NCBI GenBank assembly: GCA_008632985.1
Contig: QPGO01000012.1
Location: 682,001-746,000 of the forward strand
Length of the DNA stretch: 64,000 nt
Source: Psammoneis japonica
Taxonomy: Eukaryota
Direction: 5' to 3'
Within the stretch, counting starts at the first letter, position 1, and each line of letters starts with the position of its first letter. The notes under the pieces were generated by a model. That model was not told the DNA's origin and did not search any database. It saw only the letters and a program-made list of their open reading frames with translations. The position numbers and the translations under genes are program-made. Of the stretch, positions 1 through 11,136 are shown one piece after another.

Positions 1-1150
1 GTCAAAGGTGATGGCCCCGCAGCCTCGTGGCAGGTCAGCTGAGGCAGCACGAGTGGGATGCACAACGTTGACGTCGGCAAAAGCACGACCAAAGAGCTCA
101 CCCCAGCGGAGCCACCCCAACCAGAAAACAGTGTTGGCCAGTCCGGCCTGTGCAAGTTCTCAGCACAATGCGGGGGAGGTGGCCAAATGGAAGCGCCGGG
201 TCAAATCTTCGTCCAGCCACTTGACATGTCATTCTAGGAGAGCAACTGAGGGCTTAGATTCATTGCCGAGACGAGCCCCCATGCCGGCAGCGAGACGCGC
301 TCCAGGTCCAGGTGGGACCTCGCACTGCTGAACTGTGACATCGAGAGTTTTTTGAATCGCGTCGTATGTCGTGCACGTGCATTTCTACGTGATTTTGGCG
401 AAATTTTGCATGATTTGACAGTGTGTTTGTCAGGCTGTCCATTGAACAACTTTTAACATTTTTTTCTTCTGCGCCATTCTCGAGTGTCTTAAGAATGGCG
501 CAGGGCAGGCGCATTGTCCAAAACTTCGAGTGCAAACAGGGATAGATGCACTGCAAACTTGGCCATTTTTTTTATGTCAAAGACAAACACATCCATTGGC
601 CAGAGTACGAACTGCAGAGCTTGCATGCAGAATTCTACGGGGCAAATGTCACAAAAAGTCCCACCTGGGACTGGAACCCGTCGCGAACAGTTGAGCACTC
701 AGGTCGTCGGCAGTGCGGCACGGGATGTGTGACAAACGATTCTCATCCACAACTGCCGCCCCCGGATGGGAAATCATCACATCCCATGCGAAAAACTGAG
801 AGGCGGCGCTGCGGAGTTGGCGCACCGCACCAAAAGAGACCGGCTCACCTTTCTTTCCCGGGCGGAGGCTGCATTGCTCCTGTGCCCACAAGAGAGTGAC
901 CTCCGGTCCGTGAGGTGGTCGGGTGAGGGGTGTGGGGGTGAGGATTGGAACTTGAAATGTGCGCTCAAATTTCCGAAGAGAGTTGAGTTTTTGTTGATGC
1001 TGCACGTGAGTTCCCGCGGACCATGCATGTGCCACATCCAGGATCCACATGCGTTCCAGAGCCATGAGCCGCCAGTCCTTGGAGGATGTGAGCTCATGGT
1101 CTAGGACACTGCACACCGCACACTTTTCACAGACAAAGTGAGCCCATTGT
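1..1150 (-). pseudogene. tyrosine recombinase ORF of the DIRS element (N-terminal part), interrupted by the MITE at 294-682
   Basis: Removing 294-682 plus one GCGA TSD restores the frame: ...DDLSAQLFA|AGMGARLGNESKPSVALLE*HVKWLD. Its position downstream of RT/RH fits the DIRS YR. The catalytic C-terminus lies outside the window. Confidence 0.65.
294..682. mobile_element. MITE, 389 bp, with 5'-GACGCG..CCAG terminal inverted repeats, 4-bp TSD (GCGA) and a central hairpin
   Basis: Left end gacgcgctccaggtccaggtgggac; right end gtcccacctgggactggaacccgtc. GCGA at 290-293 and 683-686. Internal inverted repeat tgcgccattct...agaatggcgca (~470-502). Related element at 57337-57731. Confidence 0.85.
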
Positions 1151-1315
1151 CAGATCTGAGGCGGTGGGGTGAGCCCCCCAGCCTGCTTGCGCCGTGTCAT
1201 GAAAGGCGGGCCGGCCCTGAAACACCGCGGATGGTGACAAACACCACATGGTGAGCATGCAGTGCCCGAGTTGAACTCAAACCCATGGACAGCAAAGGAG
1301 CATGTCACCAGTGGG

Positions 1316-2418
1316 TCACGAAGCGAGGCTCCTTGGTGGCAACCCGCGCATTGTTGAAGCCTGTTGCTCATGCCACCGAACAACTCCTGGTGAGGCAAGT
1401 GACTCCAACCTGTTGGAGGTGACAGCAGGCACAACACGCTGGTGAGGTCCAAGGCACAAGATGACGATCAGAATGGGCAGTCGCGGGGGAGCAAGGAGGG
1501 GTGCCCACGGGTCCAGTGGGAAGAGAGTCGGCAGCTCCTGAACACTGCGGGATGACCCATGCCAGAAAGCCGGGATGACACGGGGAACGAACACCAATGC
1601 CGCCGCAATGAGTGGGCGCTTTGTGCAGGCGGTCAGGAGGAAGGTGAGAAGTTGCCTGGCAACCTCCGGGGGTGGGAACCACACACAGTGAGTTTGTCTG
1701 GGACATCTCGTGCATCCCACACAGCATGCCACGGTTCCAAGGCCCAGGTGGAATGTCCCAACAAAGAAGCAACGTGCACTGCTAGGGACGGATCAGGCAT
1801 CAAGGGTTCAAAGACGGCAGCGTTGAGTCGGTCCTGGTCCTCGAGCTCGTGTGGTGCACCAGCCCATGCACCTCGGCTCAGCCCATCGGTCATTTGCCGA
1901 ATCACAACAATGCCGGGGACATGGACCACCTGCAGGCTGCAACCCAGTTCGAGCTCAATGAGACAGATCTCTTCTATGAGCTCATGTAATCCAGGAGAAG
2001 AGGAGGACCTGGACGCAGCAATCCAACAGGTGACCTGGTTGTCCGTGAAGCAGAAGATGGTGACGCCGCGCACCTCGGTCGGGGGCATGCCCCGTAGATG
2101 TTGGAGGGTGACAAGAAGCGTCTTGAGTTCTTTCCAGTTCGACGAGAAACTGCACACCACAGGACTCCACTGGCTCATCCACATGCGCAGCGGCTCATCA
2201 CGCATCCCAAGTGTTCCGCCTGCCCCGGTGCCGCTGCCATTGCCCCAAGTTGGGAGCAACGCAGCAGACCGTGTGGACCTGGCCATGCCACCTTCCCCAC
2301 ACCGGAGGTGTGAGTTCCACCACTTGAGGTCTTGAATGACACCTGAAGTGAGTCGGGCACGGGTGCAGCATGGGTCCGCACCAGTTCCCAGCCGCGGTGG
2401 TCGCACCAGGGTGTGCAA
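1316..2418 (-). pseudogene. DIRS RNase H plus downstream methyltransferase-like remnant
   Basis: 'SSNWKELKTL...FCFTDNQVTCW...LQVVHVPG...TDGLSRG' matches DIRS RNase H. 'VWFPPPEVARQLL...ALVFVPR' matches the MT-like region known from DIRS pol. Confidence 0.75.
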
Positions 2419-2419
2419 A

Positions 2420-3560
2420 TTCCGCGTGAAGGTGTGACGAGTCGAAGCGGAGTGGCGTCCGAGAGTGATTCCAGGGTGCCCGACAACACAGACAGGGCGA
2501 GTCTAGAATGTTCCCAATCAGCGCCCAAGGACAGCACATGTTGAACCATGGCAAGCGCCCGCTCACGTTTGTCGAGGGGGATTCGCAGCATCGGAATTCC
2601 CGTCGTGTCGAAAATGAAGCCGCAACACTTGGCCACTTGCGAAGGAGGATGGCACTTGAGAGGGTGGCATGGCAAACCCACGTCAACGGCCACATCAAGG
2701 AAGCAACGCAAGGCGTCACAAGCAGTTTCACAGGCAGGACCGTGAACGGCGAAGTCGTCAACAAAGACCCAAATCTCAACCCCTGGGAGTCCGTCCCGCC
2801 TCATGAAGACCAGTCCGTGTCCAAGCTTAGGGTCGCACGTTTCCTCGCAAGTCAATTCTGACCACCAGCTGTTTAAGAGGGGCTTGTCACCAAAGCGCTC
2901 TGGGGCACATTCACGGAGCAGGCGCACAAAGGCGTTTCCGCATCTTCCCCCAAGAGCTGGACAGTTCCCTCCTCCCATGGGGAGGCCAAGCCACTCCAAC
3001 AATTCTTTGCTCAGGGGGTGAGTGAGGCCCAACCATGGCCGGTCGTCTGGGTGGGTGGTGAGCTGGTGAAAAAACTTGGAAGCGTCAACGACTGCAGTGC
3101 ATCCTCCTTGATGCATTTCATCTAGGATGTGGGTGACCCTTGGTGGGAAAACCGGGTCGTTTCCAACCACTGCATTCTGTCCACCACTTTTCATGTCAGC
3201 TGTCACCCGCCACTCGCCAGGCTGACCGGGCTTTGGCACACAGAACAGAGGCGTAGTTGCCAGGACCGTAGAAGGGTCCGGCACTGCCCCCAGAGCACCA
3301 ATGTCCATGAGTTCATCCACGAACTGCACCGCAATTCGCAACTGGTCTTCATCCATGGGGGCATTGGGTTTGACCTGTGACTCGGGGGGGGGGTCAGAAA
3401 ATTCATCCTGCTTCCGTTGCGGAGGTCATCCCAGTGCTCCGGAGGGAATTCCCACCAGAGGACCTGGAGATGATGCAAATCGGGGCCCTCGTCGTCACAG
3501 TTTGTCCGGTGTCGTTCCAGGGCGTTCAATCCTTGACTGATCATGTCCTCGTGATTCTCC
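2420..3560 (-). pseudogene. DIRS reverse transcriptase, frameshifted
   Basis: 'PLFCVPKPGQPGEWRVTAD', 'VVDASKFFHQL', 'LPMGGGNCP', 'WVFVDDFAVHG' and 'KCCGFIFDT' are RT motifs. Expected Tyr positions read as H or C. Confidence 0.9.
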
Positions 3561-3849
3561 TTGGGGTGCCGTTGAACGGAACACAGGAGATTCTCAATGC
3601 GTTGCAGGTGCCACGCCCCATCCCTGGACAAATCAGGAGGGGACCAGTGGAAAGGTTTCTGAACATCTGAGTCCTCGCCGTTGTCTGTCTTTGCCTGAGG
3701 AGTCGGATCCTCTGCAATGGGTTTGTCCAGTTTGAGAGCAGGCCACCGTTCCCCAGGTGGTTCCAGCGTGAAGCTCCTTCCAACGTACTCCCAATGGAAC
3801 ACACTGGCAGTGGAGTCCGCATCAACGCGCTCCGCAGGCACACCCCACT

Positions 3850-4620
3850 CCTTGGGAATGCCCAGTCCGCGCCCGAGCTCCTCCCTGGCAAGCCGTCGCA
3901 TTTTCTTGCTGGTGCGGATCCACGCTCCCGCTCTGGGTGGCATTGGGTCTGTGCCCGCATCGCAGACGTGGGCGTTTCGGGGCACGTTACGGCCCCTCCC
4001 CCGGATGAGCCCTTCTGGCGTCAGGAGGTTGCTCACAGATCGGGGTCACATCCCGTGTTGCACCGAGTCCCAAGTCCATCTTGCGGCGAACGGTCGAAGG
4101 ATGCGCGCCACCAGAAGTCGGCTCTGGTCAAGGGCGCCACTGACTTCAGTCGCCGCAATCCATCGGAATCGGGATTTGTGGCCCAGTCGCCCCCACCGAG
4201 TTCGAGCCGCCTTGCCGGCAGGACCGTTCTCCCATGTGATGGCATGGGCTTGCCAACTTTCTAGCACCACTTTTGGCCTTGCCTGACCCGCCGCCGATGA
4301 CACCAGTTCCTCCCACCGTTCGCTCTGGGGCAACCTGCGGGGTTTCCGAATGAAACCTCGTTCCACCACCAACAGATCCACGGGGTGTCGATTGAGCAGG
4401 GAGCTTTTAACTCGGGGCCCGGTGCAGGTCACTGCATCATCGCTGGCCGGGCAAACTGGGTCCCCTTGTCGTCGAATGCATGACTTTTGTTCTAGCCGCG
4501 GCCAGGCCGCACGCACAGTTTCCGCTCCGCACTCCATTGTTCCGCAGGTGGCGAGCCAGTCTAGAGCCGGCGCAGGTCTTGGCCCCATGTGCATTTCCAT
4601 GCCGTTGACAGTCGAGTCTT
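3850..4620 (-). pseudogene. degenerate C5-cytosine DNA methyltransferase-like domain at the N-terminus of DIRS pol
   Basis: Motif-like segments in the canonical order: 'VDLLVVERG' (IV-like, no PC), 'RPKVVLESW' (VI-like), 'LGHKSRFRWIAATEVSGALDQSRLLV' (VII/VIII-like), 'RRLAREELGRGLGIPKEW' (IX-like). Recognised by eye only. Confidence 0.55.
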
Positions 4621-4995
4621 GGAGCAAATGAGGTGTGCTCTGGGGCATCCCAGGAGGCTGTGCCGCTCTCGAATTGTCCAGGATGCCGGGGATCTCCTCC
4701 TCTTGGCATCCGGTTTCCATGTTGTCGTTGTCCAGGGCAGGGAGGCGATGGTTCCATCCGTGCCCGGCTTCCAGCAAGCCCTCCTCCAATGACATTCTGC
4801 ATGACCTTCCCACCGCGACTGCAGCAGCTTGCGCACCAAACACTTTCTTGCCTGGTGTGCAAGGGCATGGCAGGGAGTGAGTGATTGGGGGCCAGCAGAG
4901 TGCACACTGCACAACACGAGGAGGAGCGGGTCATTTTTGACAATTGGTTCTCGGGCCGGACAATCCACGCCCGGTTCTTGCTCCTCGGCAGGAGC

Positions 4996-7903
4996 TCATT
5001 CCATGTTTGGCTTCGACGTCCAGATTTCCGTGATGACAGTGTCCGCATTGCCGTCCGGGTCCGCCGTCAGGCGCCGACTAAGTTCGGCGCAGGCTTGTTT
5101 GACCTTCTCCACAGTGCAGTTGGTCTTGGTCACACCCTCGAGCAATTTTCGGGCCAGCGACGCCTGCAAGTCCTTCGCGGGGCAATTTGCCCTGACCTCC
5201 CCATGGAGGTTGGTTTCATGGCAAATCGCACACCTGCAGCATGCATGCAGACAAAAGGTCACTTTGTCACGCCCTTTGTGACATTCAAAGGCTGCAACAC
5301 GTCGCCGTGATGCATCAACTCTCATCAGTGGCTGCACATTGCACTCCTCCCCATGTGTCACGCATCCATGCGGCTCTTCACTAACGTGTGCTGACACTGC
5401 ACGGTTTTGGCGGAACAGTGTGGGTACGTGCGAAGGAACACACAGAACTGCACAGAGTTTTGCGCGTTCGACAGTGATCAACGTTGCTGCAGACAACTCC
5501 CACTCAGGGTTTCGAACCCCTGGCCTCCTGCCTGATGGTTGCGATGAACCACTCCGCTGTGAATTCACAATGCAGCATGCATGCAGACAAAAGGTTATTT
5601 TGTCATGCCCTTTGTGACATTTAAAGGCTGCAACACGTCGCCGTGATACATTGGCTCTTGTTGGCAGCTGTGTGTTGCACACCGCCATGAGACGGTGGTG
5701 CTTGCGCCTCCGCTCCCAGCGCCATTGACCGCAGTTCGAAGCTCGTGCATCTGCTCGAACAGTCCGTCGCAGATCTCCTCGTGTCGGAACCGATGCTCAT
5801 GGCAGGCATCGCGAAGACACACACAGGCCGTTAGGATGTGTGACCTGAAGTTGGGAGCCAGCACTTGATTTGGGCACAACCGCTCTGCGTGGTGTTTCAC
5901 AAGGCTCTCGGCCCAGCCGTCCTTGCACTCTGCTGCCCCATCTTTGGAATGCAATGACTCCCGAGCTGTGGTCAAGAGGGACAGACAACACTCGCAGGAC
6001 TTTTCCAGGACCCTGGGCAAGAGCCCACAATGGAGACAATCCTCAATGAACCGGGGAGAGTGCCGCCGCTCATGCAGAAAAGCGCGGAACCGGTTGTTCT
6101 GGGCCGGCCAGAGCTTCTCCCAGGCCTTGGACACTTCTTTGACAACACGCAGCAAATCCCCTCGGTTCTTGACAAGCCCCAGAGTGTTTGCCTGCTTGGT
6201 CTGCCAGGTGCTGTCATGTCTGGTCCGACCCCTCTCGAGAGCACCCAAATGCGTCAGCAGAGCCGACATGAGCTCCTCCTCACTCGGAGTGTTCTCAAAG
6301 AAGTCAGCACTGTGCATGCCTGGTGGAGCCGTCACATCCACACTCTGATTCAAGAACTCTGCTTGTTCCCTTGAGTCTAGTCCCGGAGGACACAGCAGGC
6401 GCTCCACAGCTGCCACGTTGGCCGTGGCTTCTCCAAAAATCTTGCTGGAATCACCAACCGACGGATCATTGCCCCAGTGCTCCGAATGCAAACGGTGTGT
6501 CTCTGCAAGCCCGTCTCCATCAGCACACAAAGCCGCCCCCCCCAGCAGGCGTCAACCCCGGAAGAGGGGGACAAGGGCCCGTGCCCTGCAGGTGGGGTGG
6601 GTTCCGGAGGTCCCCCAGCAGGAGGAGGTGGGGAAGGGTCCCTGGCCACCACAGGAGGCACCTCGCTCCACCACCGCATGGCATCAGCCCTGGTGTTGAA
6701 GGTCCGAACGTGTGAGAACCCCCCACTGAGAGCAAGGGCCATGTCAGCATCCAACGTGCACACGTGTCGCTCGTGAGGCTCCCGTTGAAATCCGCACCAG
6801 AGTTCCCGTGGACTCGGCGACCGGTTGTGCTGCCACTCCTCCACCTCTTGCTTAGTTGGAAATGTCAAGCGGAGGGCAGCTCCCAGTCAGATCCAGTGCA
6901 CCAGGTCCTCGTGCACAGTGCAGACACGTCTGGTGCCGCTCGGTTCACTCAACCCATGCCACAGATTCGGTTGGCCTGTGGGGTGCGACTGGGTCACTGA
7001 TGGCGGCGGCGAAGAAGTGGTTGGGGCAGCAGGCATTCCATGCCCTAGACCATGAAGTGATGAGGATCCATGATTGGTGGCCCTGGCATTTGGTGGGTCG
7101 CTCCGGACCCCATCCGGGCGTGTCGTGGTTGAAGGACGTTCAGAAGTGTCCCTCGCAGCTGTCTGCGACAAATTGTCAGCCAGAGGGGTGACCGGCATCA
7201 TCTGATGCTCAGTCGTGACAGGGGGGTCATGGGACTCAGTCCCGCCAAAGGTCACTTGGTGTGGGGCCCGTTCACCGTTGGCACCACGAATCTCACTGAG
7301 CTCCCGTCGGAGGTCATCATTGAATGCCTCCATTGCCTGTCGAAGGGGCGTCGTAGCCGTGAAGGAGTCCTCGTTCATTGTGGCAAAGGAGTCTTCATCC
7401 TGTTCGGGGTCATTCCTGAGCACGTCCGCTGCGCGAGTCATTTCTTCATCCTTGATTGCAGTGCGAGCATCTCGCTCTTCCCGGGTTAATCCCATGTGAA
7501 GGCGATCCAGTCGTCCATCGACCATCTCCCGGCAGCGCCCATTGTTGGGGAATTTCTTGCAGAAACGCGGTGGAGCCCGGTGGGCGGCTTCCAACGTCTT
7601 CCTGCTGTGTCCGCGGCATGTGCAGTCGGCTCACGAGCTGCCGCACATGCAGTGCACCGTTCATCCCCTCTCCTTTCTCGTCATGTGAACGTGACAGAGG
7701 TCGGGATGGGTCAGATCAACCAGATCCGACGGGGTCACTTCCTCATCGAGGAGATTGACGCCACCCACCGAAGAGGTCTCTGAGAGCTGTTCATCCACAA
7801 TGGTTCCATTGTCATCCGTGTCGGAGGTCACCGTCTCGGGGCCATCGACTGACACTCCAGCAGACGCAGAGGAGTCAGAAGGACTCCCGTCATTGCGTGC
7901 CAT
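4996..7903 (-). pseudogene. DIRS gag-like ORF1 with RNase H1 N-terminal (hybrid-binding/viroplasmin-like) repeats and a C-terminal Cys/His knuckle; interrupted by a TRIM
   Basis: Starts MARNDGSPSD at 7903. 'LWCGFQREP...VRTFNTRADAMRWW' and 'LWHGLSEPSG...FPTKQEVEEW' resemble the hybrid-binding domain. Removing 5235-5679 restores SWRC|AICHETNLH...NCP. Confidence 0.6.
5235..5679 (-). mobile_element. TRIM (miniature LTR retrotransposon), 445 bp, with two 109-bp LTRs and a 4-bp TSD (CACC)
   Basis: LTRs at 5235-5343 and 5571-5679, each TG...CA. PPT ggggaggag (minus strand, 5344-5352) abuts the 3' LTR. CACC at 5231-5234 and 5680-5683. Removal restores the gag frame. Confidence 0.9.
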
Positions 7904-10016
7904 GAAAATGCGACATCAGCCTGATGGAATGAGTGGTCCTACAAATGGACCCACCCCCCTGCAAAGAAAAATTTTTGCCTGTCCAGGCGTTGATTCGTTG
8001 ATGCTCCAAATTGTGAGATCTTGAACGTGGACTTGGAGGGACTCCACTTTTTGAGTTTCCCCTCTGATTCCTGGCATGGATCCCACTGGAGCCTTTGCAT
8101 TCCCATGATCATTTGCATTTGTGACCATTCGCATTAGATTCTGTTGCGGTGAAAGCTTGGTCCCCATTTTTCTGCTCAATGCCACGTTCGTCATCATCGG
8201 GGCGATCCGTCTTCAATTTCTTCGTCTGTCCGAGAACCCGTCAATCAGGGCAAGTGATGAGATTCTTTTGAGACAGTTGGAGTTGGAGGGAGGACGGATG
8301 ATGATTCGGGCGTCATCGGAACCGACCGGCGCACAAGCAGACAAGTGCACGTACAGCAACAATTTCAGCGGATCCAAGGGGGGTCATCCCCGCGTTCATC
8401 CTAAAATTTTGGTGGCGTTTGAACAAGAACATTCATTGGACATTGTTTTTGAACATAAAAATTGTTCTTTTTGTCACATCCGATCACCAATCGCGCACGG
8501 CAAACGAGAACATCAAGCACCACGATCGAAGCACAACGATGATGACAATCGTCAACATTTCTCAAAAACGCAGCATCACGCGCGCAAACTTTTCATGTGT
8601 GTGAGATCTTTGATGCACAAGGAACATAAAACAAGTGAGAGTTGGTGCACGGACTACCTCCGTTACAGACTCATGGCTTGCTGTTTTTCACCACGGTGAA
8701 GCACGGTGAAATTCAGGAAAAATCATGTGAAACACCAGCCATTCGGCTGAATTCGAGCTAAAAAAAGCAGCGATTGACCACCCTTGACATCCGGCCGAAA
8801 ACACAACCATCACTTTCTCAATGACTTTGGATGCTGTTGACAGCTTTGTGGCACTCTTCTTTTTGTGTTGCAGCTGCATCTTTTTTTTTAAGGCAATGGC
8901 TTCGTGTTGGCTGGCAGCGCCCTCCCATTCCAGAGCGTGGTGACTGGTGGAGTGCAAAGAAGTGTGTTTTTTTTTTTCATGTCTCTCATCTGTCGAGACA
9001 GGGGAGTGTGTGCTGTGAGATGTGTGGCAGGTGAGCCACTGGTGCCAATGATGGGGAGAGCTCAACTCATGGGTTGGGGGTGCTGGCAACAAGCTCCGTT
9101 TTCCGCCACCTCTGACAAAGGGCCCCTCTTGTCAAGTGGCAAAGAAACCCATCATCTTGCATCTCTCCCCATCTTGCTCTCAAAAGAGAAAGAGAGAGAG
9201 AGATCATTTGTTCACTCAAGAGAGAGAAAAACAAAAAGACAGCTCACAATCAGGGCACCAGAGACAGGGAGCAGATGCAGAGAGTGCCCTGGAGCTGGTG
9301 GAGCACGATGCAAGAACTCAAAAACCTTGAACCCAGCTGCTTTGACCACACATCTGCCCCCCCCCCCCCCCAACTTAGATCTGTTCAATGCAACAGCTCC
9401 TGCCACATTGAAAATTCATGGCAGCTGGCCACTGACAAAGCTGCTGCCACAAAAGTCTTGCAGCTCCTCCTCACTTTGGCCAGTGCTGCAGTGCTTTGCT
9501 GTTGCCACACAACTTGAACGAACACACCCAAGTTGCAGCTGTGCTGTGCTCAGCACCTTTGAAAATGACACACCTTGCAAAGAAGCCCCAAAACACATCT
9601 TTTTGAAAAAGGAGAAAATGACCTTATAAAGAAAAAGCAGCACCCCGCACAAAACATGCAAGAGTGTCGGCGTGTTTTCTCTGTGCAGTGCATTTTCTCA
9701 GCCCACTCACATCTGCTCACAAAAGAGATCTGCTGTGCAGCACATGTGTTGCAGTTTCTGGAAACTCATGGTGTGGTTGTGCATCATGCAAATGCTGCTG
9801 CTGCAACAAACATGTGGGTTGAGCTTGCCAGAGTGTTTGAGGTGTGCAAGAGCAAGGAAGCAATGCTGTGTTTTCTTTCAAGGATGTTCATTCCACCTGT
9901 GAAAGTTTTGTGTGTGTCAATTATTTGATGAAGAAAGAAACCAACAAAAAGAAACAAGAACAGAAAGAAAAATGGCGAAACTGCAAAAGGAATTGCTGGC
10001 GCATGAGAACAACCGA

Positions 10017-10190
10017 TCTTGGACAATTCAAAGCCCAACATTCCAAAGGAAACGTTGAATGATCTGCACAGCACTGTGCAGAATCATGGGGACACTGGAG
10101 TGGCAGCCAGCGCACAAGAACAATCAATCTTGGATGATTCAAAGACCAACATTCCAAAGGAAATGTTGAATGATCTGCATGGCACTGTGC
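10017..10190 (+). repeat. ~111-bp-period direct repeat (2 copies)
   Basis: atcttggacaattcaaagcccaacattccaaaggaaacgttgaatgatctgcacagcactgtgca vs atcttggatgattcaaagaccaacattccaaaggaaatgttgaatgatctgcatggcactgtgca. Differences are mostly CA/TG/CG swaps. Confidence 0.8.
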
Positions 10191-11136
10191 ACAAGGATGA
10201 GGATGAGACTGGATGTTGCCAGATGTCCCATGTTGCCTGATGTGTCAAGGTAGACTGTGGATCTTTGGGGTGCTCAAAGTTCAACCAGCTCATTTCTGAC
10301 TTGCCAAATGAGTTTGACATGAAAAGATGCAAAGGTTTTGTTCTCATCAAGAGCATGAGGCAAGAGGAAAGCTCACAAAAACAGCACCATGAATGACAAT
10401 GAAGCAAACTTGACTCTCCAGTTAGCGAGTTGATGCAGAAGGTCACACCATCTTGCTCTTGGCTGGGAGTCTTGGTTGTGATCTTGGCCACTGCTTCCAT
10501 TGGGATTGTCCTGCTAATGGCATCACCATTCCTTGTCATTTTCCTCAGGTTCCTCGCCATTTTCTTCCTTTTTTCGTCATTTGACATGCTCCAAAAGTTG
10601 TGCTGAATGCTCCCCGAATAAAGTTTTGGCACTGTCTCCGTCAATTGTCAAAAAGGCATCATGTTCAACATGTTTGGTGCTCTCATGATCACAAGTGCCC
10701 TGTTCCTTTTTGAATGGCACCCACCTGGGCTCAGCTGTTTGTGTTCGTGTCGCAGGGAACTGGGTCGTTGACAGACATCCAAGATGGGGAGCACACTCCC
10801 TTGTCTTGGACAGACTGGCACAGACAGCATTGAGAGATCCGATGATCTCTCTTTGCTCACTTTCTTTCTCATCTAGTGCATGATTGTCATCTGTCCTAGA
10901 CATCAGTTAGATCGTCCCGATGCCACTGGTCCGCAAGGTTGTGAGCAGCAGTGTGCTGTTCATCTTCCTCAATGCAACTGCATTGCAACATTCACCGTGT
11001 GGTTTGGCAATGTTTCCCCGTTGAAATTGTCGTCTTTGTCACAGCCATTTTTCTCACTTGATTTGTGATCATCACGACCACCGTAGACCACATGCCAGTG
11101 CTCCACACAGGATTTTGAATTTTTTCCTGCGCAACC

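Larger units (their letters stand above)
1..7903 (-). mobile_element. DIRS/Ngaro-type tyrosine-recombinase retrotransposon, degenerate, running off the left edge of the window
   Basis: Minus-strand order is gag-like (7903-4996), DNMT-like (4912-3850), RT (3356-2420, 'EIWVFVDDFAVHG'), RNase H (2418-1850, 'FCFTDNQVTCW'), an MT-like remnant ('VWFPPPEVARQLL') and a tyrosine-recombinase-like ORF (<1150). It has many frameshifts, Tyr->Cys/His changes and two nested insertions. Termini were not identified. Confidence 0.85.
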
